NCBI GenBank assembly: GCA_963741095.1
Contig: CAVUGN010000002.1
Coordinates: 128,001-192,000 of the forward strand
Length of the DNA stretch: 64,000 bases
Reading direction: 5' to 3'
DNA from: an uncultured Candidatus Micrarchaeota archaeon
GTDB taxonomy: Archaea; Micrarchaeota; Micrarchaeia; Micrarchaeales; Micrarchaeaceae
Below, piece after piece: positions 52,910 to 62,591 of the stretch. Positions within the stretch are counted from its first letter, which is position 1, and every line of letters begins with the position of its first letter. The notes below the pieces were generated by a model. It saw only the letters and a list, made by a program, of their open reading frames with translations. It did no database searches and was not told the origin of the DNA. The translations under genes and the position numbers were made by a program.

Positions 52910-54472
52910 ATGAAATTTGAGAACGAAGGAATAGGTGGAAGCCTCTCCCTTAGGATGTTCACCGTATTCTTATTCATCATTCTAGCGCTGAGCGGGGCCG
53001 CATTCGCGGTGTACATGCTAGTCACCTCATCTAACATAGTAACTCTTATGCTTGCGGTTGCATTCCTGATGCTCGCGATTGTGAGCGGATTCTTCAACGT
53101 GACCTCCGCGATGCTCTATTACAGGTCGTACTTCTACTACAAGCACATCAATGAGATAAGCTCCGGGCTGAAGCCGATGCGAAAATTCCCCACCGTAGCC
53201 ATGGTAGTTCCCGTGTACAACGAGGATGTAGAGATGGTGAAGAGGAATCTGCTACGCCTGAAGAGGATCAACTACCCAAAAGACAGGATCAAGTTCTACC
53301 TGCTTGATGACTCGACGAAAAAGGACACCATAGCATCGCTCCAGGAGTTCAGCGTCAAGAATGGAGTAACGTTCATGCACCGCGATGACAGGTCCGGCTT
53401 CAAGGCTGGTGCGCTCAACAACCTGCTGAAATCCTCGAAAGAGGAACTCATCGCGATATTCGACGCCGACGAGTACCTCACCGACAAGCGTTTCCTACTT
53501 GAGCTGGTTCCGTACTTTGCGGACAAGCAGCTCGGATATGTGCAAACGAGGAAGAGCAGCTTCAACGGCACCTTCTTCTCCGACTCTGTGAAACTTTTCG
53601 ACGATTTCTTCTACACCTTCATACAGCCGTCGCGCGCCTTCAACAACACCGCCATATTTGCGGGCTCGTGCGGTATAATAAAGCGCGAGGCATTGGACAA
53701 GGTCGGCGGCTTCCCGGAGTACGTAGTGGAGGACACCTTCTTCAGCTTCGAGGCGGACGTCAATAACTACAAGGGCCTGTACATACCGAAGATATATGCG
53801 TATGGCATGCCGATAACCACCTTCACCGCCCTGGCAAGGCAGCAATGGCGCTACAACTACGGCGACACGCAGTTCCTTGGCTATTTCTTCAACAAGGTCC
53901 TCAACAGAGAGGTCAAACTGGAATCGCGCATCTCGAAAGTGGACTACTTGACGCACGGTTTCGGCCTCAACTACCTCTCAGTAATGCTCGTGCTGATGAC
54001 TCTGGTATCCGTTCTCATCGTGTTCTCGAACTTTGCGTTCACGCACATGTCCGTGTCGCAGCTGTTCATGGCATGGAACATGCAGCAGTTCGTTGAGGTG
54101 TTCGGGTTCGTCGCGTTCATACTGTCGCTCATGGTGCCAGTCATATTGACCAAGGTGTACTTCAAGTCCATAAGCCGGGGCATGATGCTCTTCGTGCTAA
54201 ACTTCGCTCTCGCGATAGTCAGGTTCAAGGCCGCAATCGCCGCAGTTATCGGGATGAGCCCCGCCATGCACTGGCACAGGGCCAACGACCTCAGCAGGCA
54301 CAGCGCCAGCTTCTCGATATTCAACTCTCTGGCCGAGATATGTCTCTCCTCGGTGCTCATCGGAGCGGCATGCCTCGCGCTGTACCTCAACAACATCGCG
54401 GGCAGCATATGGCTCATCTGGTACGGCGTGATGTACATGGCGGCGACGGTGCTATTCTACAGGTATGGTTGA
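52910..54472 (+). CDS. Processive GT2 membrane glycosyltransferase (cellulose-synthase-like)
   Basis: VPVYNE, LDDS, GFKAGALN, FDAD, VED, QQWRY; 2 N-terminal and several C-terminal TMs. Confidence 0.88.
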   Translation: MKFENEGIGGSLSLRMFTVFLFIILALSGAAFAVYMLVTSSNIVTLMLAVAFLMLAIVSGFFNVTSAMLYYRSYFYYKHINEISSGLKPMRKFPTVAMVVPVYNEDVEMVKRNLLRLKRINYPKDRIKFYLLDDSTKKDTIASLQEFSVKNGVTFMHRDDRSGFKAGALNNLLKSSKEELIAIFDADEYLTDKRFLLELVPYFADKQLGYVQTRKSSFNGTFFSDSVKLFDDFFYTFIQPSRAFNNTAIFAGSCGIIKREALDKVGGFPEYVVEDTFFSFEADVNNYKGLYIPKIYAYGMPITTFTALARQQWRYNYGDTQFLGYFFNKVLNREVKLESRISKVDYLTHGFGLNYLSVMLVLMTLVSVLIVFSNFAFTHMSVSQLFMAWNMQQFVEVFGFVAFILSLMVPVILTKVYFKSISRGMMLFVLNFALAIVRFKAAIAAVIGMSPAMHWHRANDLSRHSASFSIFNSLAEICLSSVLIGAACLALYLNNIAGSIWLIWYGVMYMAATVLFYRYG

Positions 54473-54781
54473 ATGATATACTTCAAAAAACACAGGACGG
54501 AGAACGGCGCGATAATAGCCATGTGCGACTCTGAGCTCATCGACAAGGTCCTGCAGGAGGGCGTGATCGAGTTAAACCTGAAGGACTACTCCTCGTTCTA
54601 CAAGGGCGAACTGCTCACCGAGGTGCAGGCAAAGGCCCTGATAAATCCGAAGGAGATATTCTCCGCCAACGTGGTTGGCAGCAAGTCTGTTGAGGTCGCG
54701 ATGAGCAGCGCGATAATAGAAAAGGGCCACATCAAAACGATAAACCGCGTGCCCTACGCTCAGGCATTCAAGGTAAAGTGA
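54473..54781 (+). CDS. DUF424 family protein
   Basis: IIAMCDSELI, FYKG, ANVVG, VPYAQ. Confidence 0.88.
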   Translation: MIYFKKHRTENGAIIAMCDSELIDKVLQEGVIELNLKDYSSFYKGELLTEVQAKALINPKEIFSANVVGSKSVEVAMSSAIIEKGHIKTINRVPYAQAFKVK

Positions 54782-54790
54782 TCGACCAGA

Positions 54791-55144
54791 CTAAGCTTTG
54801 GCGTCGACCGTGAGGCTCAGTATTGCCCTGGCGATGTCCCCGCCCTCCTTTTCCAACGTTCCTCTTATCAACTCCCTGTCGGTTATCCCTGTCCGCTCCG
54901 CGACGAAATCTATGTCGCTGTCGGTGATCTTCACCTCGACCGCCTTTTCGGCTTCGGTAACGTTCCCACCTATCTGGAAGCTCGTATTTCCCTGCATCTC
55001 TATCCTGGTGACCTGCGGATCCTCTATTATTATGGTCTTTTCCGGGGTCTCTATGATGACCCTGCTCGCCTCTATCTCTTCAGACTTTATGCCCATCTTT
55101 GACATCATGTTCTTCATGGTCCTAGGGTCTATGTTCGGCATCAT
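54791..55144 (-). CDS. nac: Nascent polypeptide-associated complex protein
   Basis: DPRTMKNMMSKMGI, P.V....QG..SFQI.G, UBA-like GDIARAILSL. Confidence 0.93.
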   Translation of the reverse strand: MMPNIDPRTMKNMMSKMGIKSEEIEASRVIIETPEKTIIIEDPQVTRIEMQGNTSFQIGGNVTEAEKAVEVKITDSDIDFVAERTGITDRELIRGTLEKEGGDIARAILSLTVDAKA

Positions 55145-55240
55145 GCTATCATCAAGTTCATCCGGTTATTGAACACTTTTATATATGCTCACCAAATATA
55201 ATAAAGTTGCATCATGAATCGGGAGTGCAAAGTGATTGGA

Positions 55241-55804
55241 TTGTCCGACAAGATAAAGATATTGGGGATTGCAGGCAGCCTGAGAAAAGGCTCATACAAC
55301 ATGGCTGTGCTTAGATCCGCAGCGGAGCTTGTTCCGCAGAATGCCGAACTCAAGATTTTCGACCTTAATGGAATACCCGTATTCAACCAGGATATGGAAA
55401 GCCCGCTGCCCGAACGCGTGAGGGAATTCAAGATTGAGATAATGGCTGCCGATGCGATACTCATCGCAACTCCAGAATACAACCATTCCATGCCTGGTGT
55501 CCTAAAGAACGCACTGGACTGGGCATCAAGGCCATACGGAAACAACTCCTTCGAAGGGAAACCGGTCGCGATCATGAGCGCTTCAGAAGGCATGGTGGGC
55601 GGCGAGCGGGCGCAGGGGCCGCTCAGGCAGGTCTTCGTCTATCTTGACATGCATCCGATAAACAAGCCGGAAGTCCTCATAGCGAACGTGAGCAAGAAGA
55701 TCGATGCGAGCGGAAAGCTCATAGACGAAGACACGAAAGAGCACGTAAAGAAGCTGCTCGACGCGCTGGTCAAATGGACTCTCAGATTGCAGGCAAGGGA
55801 CTGA
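55241..55804 (+). CDS. NADPH-dependent FMN reductase (ChrR-like flavoprotein)
   Basis: GSLRKGSYN, ATPEYNHSMPGVLKNALDWASR, GGERAQ; TTG start assumed. Confidence 0.93.
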   Translation: MSDKIKILGIAGSLRKGSYNMAVLRSAAELVPQNAELKIFDLNGIPVFNQDMESPLPERVREFKIEIMAADAILIATPEYNHSMPGVLKNALDWASRPYGNNSFEGKPVAIMSASEGMVGGERAQGPLRQVFVYLDMHPINKPEVLIANVSKKIDASGKLIDEDTKEHVKKLLDALVKWTLRLQARD

Positions 55805-55817
55805 TGCCTTCTCCTCT

Positions 55818-56522
55818 TTACGGCGTATCGTTCACAGTCGCATCTATCAGTGTGCTCTGGTTTACGTAAAAGGCTGGATCAGAGGTCAGTAGCGTCAATA
55901 CCGTGTAATTATCCTTCCATCCTACGATTGCCTGGAAGTTCGTGGTGCCATTCTCATACCTCTCATACGTGTAATTCAACCCGTGTGCAGTTCCGTACTC
56001 TGTCTGCGGCGGAGTGCTGAAAGATTGCGATAGCGATGACGCGATGCTGCCGAAGATCTCTGGCGCATTGTAAGTCCTCATGACGTAAAACTCTATGCTC
56101 GCATTTCTCGTGGCATTCTGCCCCTGGATGAACGTGCCCCACCCCTCCGTTACGTTGTCTGCGGCCTCATTCGTAAGGCTTTCGATTATCGTTATGTTAA
56201 GCGTCGAATTCGGATTGAACAGATCGGAAGTCGTATAGTTCGAGATGGCTCCGAGCAATGCGCGTCCCTGATCATAGCCCATGTACACCGGAGTCCCATT
56301 CATCGAACCAAGCGGCGTCTGCGTTGCGGGTCCCTCAAGCGATTGAATCAACAAGTACAAACCCACCAAGACCACCACGGCCACAGCGGCAACGATTATG
56401 TAGAGTATCAACTTGCTTCCAGTTCTCTGGGCCGAACTGCTCGGTGCAATGTTGTTAGCGTTTGCAGGATTGCTCTGGTCAGTTTGTGAGTCCGTCTGTA
56501 CGGGACTCGTTTTTCTAGGCAT
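55818..56522 (-). CDS. Single-pass membrane protein with glycosylatable ectodomain
   Basis: Polar N tail, one TM (LILYIIVAAVAVVVLVGLYLLI), many N-x-S/T sequons. Confidence 0.7.
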   Translation of the reverse strand: MPRKTSPVQTDSQTDQSNPANANNIAPSSSAQRTGSKLILYIIVAAVAVVVLVGLYLLIQSLEGPATQTPLGSMNGTPVYMGYDQGRALLGAISNYTTSDLFNPNSTLNITIIESLTNEAADNVTEGWGTFIQGQNATRNASIEFYVMRTYNAPEIFGSIASSLSQSFSTPPQTEYGTAHGLNYTYERYENGTTNFQAIVGWKDNYTVLTLLTSDPAFYVNQSTLIDATVNDTP

Positions 56523-56588
56523 AAACGCTATTGTGCACTTCAAACATTTTAATACTTCGGTAACATTTCGGTTTTACCTAGCCGATAG

Positions 56589-57692
56589 CTACGCCATCCT
56601 TAAAGAAGCATTATGCGCCTTTTCCAGGATCGCTTGCTTACCCAAAAACGCGCCGTATCTTTCCGCAGCCACTGCAATAGCATCCAAACACTCTGCGCTT
56701 ATCCTACCGAACGGTTTCAACTTGACATCGACATTCTCGCCATTAAACGCGCGCTTCCAAGTGCCAACCACCTGGCCATCAACCAGAACAATCGGCAAGA
56801 ACATGCCATTACCTCCTGGAACCACCCTTTGTGCATGCCTGGCATTCAGCACTGCCCTCCGATCCTTGTACCCTATAAGATACTCATCAAAAGCCGGCAG
56901 CAGATGGGCGGTCGGCGACGCGCCATGCGGCTCTGCGATATCCTCGGACATCCAGTAATCGATGCCATCGATTGTTTCTTGCGACAGCTGCGAAGAGGCC
57001 ATCTCAATGCCCGCTCTCGCATCAGCCACCTTCAAACCCGACCACCACACAAAATCCTTGAATGTGGCAGGTCCGTGGCCGACGAAGTATCTTTTTGCCA
57101 TCGTGGCCAACGCCTCTTCGCGCTTCAATGCGCTACTTTTCGGCACCCAATCCTCAAGCAAGGTGAATGTCGGCTGCCTGCCGCTGTTTGGTCCGAAGCA
57201 TATGAGCCCATCACGTGCAGCACTGAAAAGAATATGGCGCTGTACGTTGTGCTTTTTGAACGCCGCGATCCCAGAATCCTCAAAAACATGTGATATCTCA
57301 TCACGAGTCAGACGTCCTTGCCGTTCAAACGCACCCAGAAGCGCCTCTCTGCCCTTCCTAAAGGTTGACTCGTTCAATCCAATGCGCCTTTGATAGTCCG
57401 GTGTTTTGCGTTCCTTCAGGAGATTCAGCATCCATCGTATATCCCTTGATGAAACGAAATGCAGAGTCCCGCGGATCGGCCAGCTTCGCACTATCTTTTT
57501 CTGGGCAATCGCCCGTTCGACCATTGCTTGGGTAGATCCGGGCAATCGAAGTCCGATAGCCCAAAGTGCGGCCAGATAATCCTGCGCCTGCATTGCACCA
57601 AGAAGAGACACAACCTCCTCCGGTCTTTTCGACCTGGTGTGCGAAATCTGCTGGCTAATCAATCTGTAGCTTGAGATATCCTGTTGCCTCAT
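56589..57692 (-). CDS. AlkZ-like (HTH_42) DNA crosslink glycosylase
   Basis: AMQAQD (Q-x-Q), RGTLH, YF.GHGPAT..DF.WWSGL, LLPAFDEYLIGYKDR, DGQVVGTW. Confidence 0.9.
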   Translation of the reverse strand: MRQQDISSYRLISQQISHTRSKRPEEVVSLLGAMQAQDYLAALWAIGLRLPGSTQAMVERAIAQKKIVRSWPIRGTLHFVSSRDIRWMLNLLKERKTPDYQRRIGLNESTFRKGREALLGAFERQGRLTRDEISHVFEDSGIAAFKKHNVQRHILFSAARDGLICFGPNSGRQPTFTLLEDWVPKSSALKREEALATMAKRYFVGHGPATFKDFVWWSGLKVADARAGIEMASSQLSQETIDGIDYWMSEDIAEPHGASPTAHLLPAFDEYLIGYKDRRAVLNARHAQRVVPGGNGMFLPIVLVDGQVVGTWKRAFNGENVDVKLKPFGRISAECLDAIAVAAERYGAFLGKQAILEKAHNASLRMA

Positions 57693-57705
57693 CCACAATC
57701 AGACT

Positions 57706-59742
57706 CTAGCTTTTTATTCCGAGCTGCCAGAATAGGAACGCGTACATATCTGCAGTTTCCTCCGCAGCCACATTGATGCTCATTCCGAAACCATGTCCCA
57801 TCTTAGGCTGGGTTCTCAGAAGCACTAGATTATCCTTGTTGTAATCGATCATCTCCGCAGCCATTTTGCGCGCGTGCATTGGACCGACCCGTGTGTCATT
57901 ATCCGCTGACATGAACAACACCGCCGGGTATTGCTGCTCTTTTTTCACGTTATGGTACGGGGAATATCTCAGTAGAAACCTGAATTCGCTCTCTTTTTCG
58001 GGATTGCCGTACTCCGTGATCCAGACGGGCCCACCCGCAATCTTATGGTACCTCAGCATGTCCAACAGAGGCGCAGAGCACACAACTGCCTTGAACAGAT
58101 CCGGGCGCTGCACCATGCAGGCTGCCACAAGCAAACCTCCGTTGCTACCTCCAACTATTCCAAGCTTGTCCCTGTTCGTGTACTTGTTCGAGATAAGCCA
58201 TTCAGCCGCAGATATAAAATCATCGAACACATTCTGCTTTTTGGCCATCATCCCTGCCCTGTGCCAATCCTCTCCGAACTCACCACCTCCCCGTAAATTC
58301 GCAATCGCGTAAACCCCTCCGTGCTCTAAAACCGTAATGATGCTTGCAGAGAAGTCTGGCAAGTACGAAAGCCCAAAACCACCATACCCGGAAAGCACAA
58401 CAGGATTCTTCCCATCCAATTGCACCCCCTTCTGGCTCACTATGAACATCGGTATCTCAGTCCCATCCCTGGATTTGTACCACACCTGCTTGGTCTCGAA
58501 CTTTCCAGTATCCACACCTACGTTATTCTTCTCGAGCTCTGCCAGTTTCATCTTTTCAAGGTCAAATTTATAGTGAACGCCGGGATTCGTAAATGATTCG
58601 AACATGAAAAACATATCCTTGCTGTCGAGTGCCCCACCAAAATTTGACGCGGTGCCCAATCCGGGCAGGCGCACTTCCTTCAGATGCTTGCCTTCAAGGT
58701 CGCAAACAAAAATTCTCGAATGAACGTCGCTCAGGTACCTCAAACAAAGCTTGTTGTCGATAATCCTAAAATCCTCTAAAATATCCTTGCCCTGCGGGAC
58801 TATCTCCCGCCATGCCGATTCTTCGGGCTTGTTGACATCGATCTTTATTACGCGCCATTTGGGCGCTTTATAATCCGTTATCACATATGCACTTTCACCG
58901 ATTATTGCCGCATAGAACTTCGCATCCTTCCCCACTATGAGGGGCCTTATGTCAGAACCAGTTTCAATGTTCTTGTAATAGACCTCGTTTTTCTCGAATC
59001 CGAGCATCTTATCTATGGTCAGATACTTCGAACCCGACTCTATGTCCACGCCAAAGTAAACGTCCGTGGGCAAATCCTTTCCAAAAACTGGGGTGTCTTC
59101 CTTAAAATTATTGCCCAGTTTGTGCAAGTATATGAGGTGGGTGTACTCTACATCACTCTTAACGCCTGGCTCGGGCCATGTCGTGTAATAAAAACCAGAA
59201 CCGTCGTTAAGCCACGCGACGCTCGAGTATCTGACCGACGGTATCACGTCTTTCAGCAGCTTACCTGATTCCAGGTCCAAAACATAAAATGTCACTCTGT
59301 CGCTTCCATCCTTCGATGTCGAGTACGCAATTTTCTTACCATCCTTTGAAACATAAATGTTGAACAAAGATATGCTTCCATCCTCGCTGAATTTGTTCGG
59401 ATCAATTGCGACCTTCTCCTCCCCATCAAGGCCGTCACGGCGATAGAACACGGGGAATTTCTGCCCAGGCTCCTGCTTCATCTGGAAATATCTGTACAAT
59501 CCCGTTTCGGGGTTCTTTCTCACGACAGATATGTGGTGAATGCGCTTCTCATTCAGGGCAATAACGCGGTCCCGAATCTCCTCCCTGAAAGGGAGCTTGT
59601 TAAGGATCTCCCGTGCGCGTTCATTCTGCCTCTCAACAAACTGCTGCGTGCGCTTGCTGTCGGAGTCTTCCAGCCACCTGTAAGCGTCAACGATCTTCAC
59701 GCCATGCAGCGTCTCGCTCACGGCCTTCTCCTTGCTCACCAT
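57706..59742 (-). CDS. Prolyl oligopeptidase (S9A)
   Basis: DAYRWLED, GYGGF, NLRGGGEFGEDWH, GGSNGGLL, DMLRY, DTRV.P.HARK, GHG. Confidence 0.95.
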   Translation of the reverse strand: MVSKEKAVSETLHGVKIVDAYRWLEDSDSKRTQQFVERQNERAREILNKLPFREEIRDRVIALNEKRIHHISVVRKNPETGLYRYFQMKQEPGQKFPVFYRRDGLDGEEKVAIDPNKFSEDGSISLFNIYVSKDGKKIAYSTSKDGSDRVTFYVLDLESGKLLKDVIPSVRYSSVAWLNDGSGFYYTTWPEPGVKSDVEYTHLIYLHKLGNNFKEDTPVFGKDLPTDVYFGVDIESGSKYLTIDKMLGFEKNEVYYKNIETGSDIRPLIVGKDAKFYAAIIGESAYVITDYKAPKWRVIKIDVNKPEESAWREIVPQGKDILEDFRIIDNKLCLRYLSDVHSRIFVCDLEGKHLKEVRLPGLGTASNFGGALDSKDMFFMFESFTNPGVHYKFDLEKMKLAELEKNNVGVDTGKFETKQVWYKSRDGTEIPMFIVSQKGVQLDGKNPVVLSGYGGFGLSYLPDFSASIITVLEHGGVYAIANLRGGGEFGEDWHRAGMMAKKQNVFDDFISAAEWLISNKYTNRDKLGIVGGSNGGLLVAACMVQRPDLFKAVVCSAPLLDMLRYHKIAGGPVWITEYGNPEKESEFRFLLRYSPYHNVKKEQQYPAVLFMSADNDTRVGPMHARKMAAEMIDYNKDNLVLLRTQPKMGHGFGMSINVAAEETADMYAFLFWQLGIKS

Positions 59743-59796
59743 GCTACCCTATTGTTTATGGTGGAAATAAACTTAAACACTTATTGTAAAAAGAAG

Positions 59797-59868
59797 TGGA
59801 CCCTGCGGGATTCGCACCCGCGACCTTTACGTTGCGAACGTAACGCGCTACTGCTGCGCCAAGGGCCC
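59797..59868 (-). tRNA. tRNA-Ala(CGC) with atypical D- and T-loops
   Basis: GGGCCCT/AGGGTCC-A with G3-U70, GCGC/GCGC, TTACG-TT CGC AA-CGTAA, GCGGG-TGCGAAT-CCCGC. Confidence 0.9.
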
Positions 59869-59934
59869 GCGCTTGATTATAAAAGCAGCGAACTTTAAAA
59901 TAATATGGGTGTATAGATAAATAACGTTTGCGTT

Positions 59935-61362
59935 GTGATGTTGATGAGAGAAGATGCACGTGCCCTGCCAAAAAGCAAGAAACTGAAGCTCGAAGCTGTT
60001 GTAAAGGCCGTTCTCGAAGAGGTCAAACCCTCAAAAGCGGAGCTGGAGCAGACAAAGCACGCGATCAACCTGATCATGGGAAGGCTGAAGCTGGTGACTC
60101 CGAAGAACGTCGAGATACTCCTTGCGGGATCTGTCGCGCGCGGCACTCAGGTGAGAGGAAACTTTGACATAGACATCTTCCTGCTCTTCCCACGCATCAT
60201 GGAAGAGAAAGCGATGGAGAAAAAAGGGCTTGAGATAGCGAAAAAAGTGATAAAGAACAAAGACGAATCATACTCGATAAAGTACGCGGAGCATCCATAC
60301 ACCAAACTTGCCTTTGGCAATCTTGGCGTTGATGTCGAGATAGTGCCCGCATACAAGATAACGGACATAAAAGACAGGGGCACATCTGTGGATAGGACTC
60401 CTCTGCACAACGAGTTCATCGCCTCAAAGCTTTCAGAAAGGCAGAGGGACGACGTGCGGGTGCTCAAGACCTTCCTCAACGCGCACGGCATATACGGCGC
60501 GGAGGCAAGGATAGAGGGATTCTCCGGCTACCTCTGCGAGCTGTTGATCTGCCATTTCGGCTCGTTCATCAATCTGATGGGTGCCGCCGCAAGCATGAAG
60601 CTGCCCATGGCGATAGACGTGGCAAGCAAGAAGGAGTATGCAAGGAACTCTAAGGAGACCAAGGATCTCACCACCAAGTTCAACCACCAGTTTATCGTTC
60701 TGGACCCGACGGACTCGAACAGGAATGTCGCGGCCAATGTCTCTGACGAGTCCCTTTCAAGGCTGGCGATAGCATCAAGGGCGCTTCTCAAAGAACCCGG
60801 CAAGCGCACGTTCTACAGTGCCGGATACTCCGATGTGATGTCCAGAGACAAGCTTCTGAAGATCAGCAAAACCCTCGGCGTGGACGTGCACCTGATAAGC
60901 TTCAAGCTGCCGGACATGGCGGAGGACATAACCTGGCAGCAGCTTAAGAGGCTCAGTTCAAGGCTGGTCGAACTCCTCAAGGCAAACCGGTTCGAGCCGA
61001 TGCTCACGCTGCAGAACATAGAGGGCACAGACGGAATAATCGCATTCTTCATCAATCCCATAACGACAAAATCAAGGATAGTGAGAGGCCCCAGCGTTGT
61101 GATGGGCGAGGCCTACGACAAGTTCGTGGAGTCTCACAGGAACGCAACTCTCCTGTCCCTGGACAAGGAAAGGGTCTATTCCATAGAACCGGCCAGCCAC
61201 GAGACGGCTCACGCGCTCCTGCGCAGCTTCATCTCGAATCCGAAGGACCAGATGCCCTCCTATCTGAAGAGCAAGACCGCTAAGGTCTATCTCAACGAAA
61301 TTCCGGAGCAGTACGCGAAAATGCTCTACAAGGCGTACATGGAGAAGAGCATAAAATCATAG
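59935..61362 (+). CDS. cca: CCA-adding enzyme (archaeal class I)
   Basis: GSVARGT...DIDIF, YAEHPY, VDRTPLH, YGAE....GFSGYLCEL, DPTD.NRNVAA; start uncertain by a few codons. Confidence 0.95.
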   Translation: MMLMREDARALPKSKKLKLEAVVKAVLEEVKPSKAELEQTKHAINLIMGRLKLVTPKNVEILLAGSVARGTQVRGNFDIDIFLLFPRIMEEKAMEKKGLEIAKKVIKNKDESYSIKYAEHPYTKLAFGNLGVDVEIVPAYKITDIKDRGTSVDRTPLHNEFIASKLSERQRDDVRVLKTFLNAHGIYGAEARIEGFSGYLCELLICHFGSFINLMGAAASMKLPMAIDVASKKEYARNSKETKDLTTKFNHQFIVLDPTDSNRNVAANVSDESLSRLAIASRALLKEPGKRTFYSAGYSDVMSRDKLLKISKTLGVDVHLISFKLPDMAEDITWQQLKRLSSRLVELLKANRFEPMLTLQNIEGTDGIIAFFINPITTKSRIVRGPSVVMGEAYDKFVESHRNATLLSLDKERVYSIEPASHETAHALLRSFISNPKDQMPSYLKSKTAKVYLNEIPEQYAKMLYKAYMEKSIKS

Positions 61363-61935
61363 GCCGTACCTATTTCCCTCATCTATCAATTCGATAAGCT
61401 CATCCATCCTCTCTATCGCATCCTTTGGCGGCTCCTTTGCTCGGATGTGCCTGGAGACGTTCGAGATGTACGCAACGATCCGCTTCTTGTCCTCTGCTGT
61501 TTCGACTTCATAAGTACTTGTGCACTTTTCCCGTGAGACTATGCCGCAATAATCCGTGGCCTCTGCCACGATGTTCTCCCTGGTCTTGCCGTCCGGATAA
61601 CCCCTCTTCTCAAAACGCTTCACCAGTGTCTTGAGCTTCGCCCTCAGGACAACGGTGATGCTCTGATGCAGGTCGAGATCCGGGGCAAGATGGCCGACGA
61701 CCAGCACCACCTCCTCATCAGCTTCCTTGATCTCCGCTTTCAATGCCCGATTGAGACCTCCGATATCAACGACCTTCGAGCCATACTGGTCCCTGCTGGT
61801 GTACAACCCATCCCTGTCTACGATGTCGTTTATCTCTATTATCCTGCAGGAATCGAGTTCCTTTGAAAGCCGCTTCGCAAAGGTGCTCTTGCCAGTGCCC
61901 GGAGTGCCGGTTATTGCCACGACGAGTTTTCTCAA
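61357..61935 (-). CDS. AK6/Fap7-type adenylate kinase
   Basis: ITGTPGTGKST, VVGH, VVLRA, RGY...K.RENI.AE. Confidence 0.9.
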   Translation of the reverse strand: MRKLVVAITGTPGTGKSTFAKRLSKELDSCRIIEINDIVDRDGLYTSRDQYGSKVVDIGGLNRALKAEIKEADEEVVLVVGHLAPDLDLHQSITVVLRAKLKTLVKRFEKRGYPDGKTRENIVAEATDYCGIVSREKCTSTYEVETAEDKKRIVAYISNVSRHIRAKEPPKDAIERMDELIELIDEGNRYGL

Positions 61936-61940
61936 GGTAA

Positions 61941-62540
61941 CTACAACCCCTTTATGAAGCTAGAAGCGGACAGGAGCAGCGCGTCGATCTCTATCCTGCT
62001 CGACTCGAGCATGAGGTACGGGCTGTCGGGCACGAAAACATTGAGCACATAGTCCTTGTTGCCGCTGAAAAGCCAGCTCCCGAACTTGTAATCCTTGTAA
62101 GTAGTGCTTAGATCCGCCACCATCAGGGAAGAGGCAACGAGCTTCTCCACCAGGGCGTTCACACTGCCGTCGACGCTGTCTATGTAGATGGTCTTCTCCT
62201 TTGTGGGATCCCTATTCACCGTCAATGGCTTTATGACCGGTACATTGCTCTGCTTCGCGTTCATCGTTATGCTCCTGGTCAGTTGGCCGGTGACCGAATC
62301 GGCCTTGGCGGCCTGGTCCTCAAGATCCTTCTGCTCGGCCGTAAGCGCCGCCGCCTTCCCATCCAGGTACTTGTCGACGTCCTCCTTCATGTTTGCGATG
62401 GTTATCTGCACGTTCGGCTGCATCGCGTACTTCGAAGGATCGGTTAGCAAGGCCCTCAAAGAGAATTTGTACTTGCTTCCGAACTGCTTGTCAATTCCCG
62501 TTATCAGCAAATCGCTATAATCGCTCCACAAATCAGCCAT
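61941..62540 (-). CDS. Hypothetical protein
   Basis: ORF of about 199 aa, SD-like GGTGTG, 5 nt from the kinase gene; central coiled segment. Confidence 0.7.
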   Translation of the reverse strand: MADLWSDYSDLLITGIDKQFGSKYKFSLRALLTDPSKYAMQPNVQITIANMKEDVDKYLDGKAAALTAEQKDLEDQAAKADSVTGQLTRSITMNAKQSNVPVIKPLTVNRDPTKEKTIYIDSVDGSVNALVEKLVASSLMVADLSTTYKDYKFGSWLFSGNKDYVLNVFVPDSPYLMLESSRIEIDALLLSASSFIKGL

Positions 62541-62591
62541 CAACACACCAATATTAATTTTTACATCAAGTATAAATCAGTATGTGATTTG

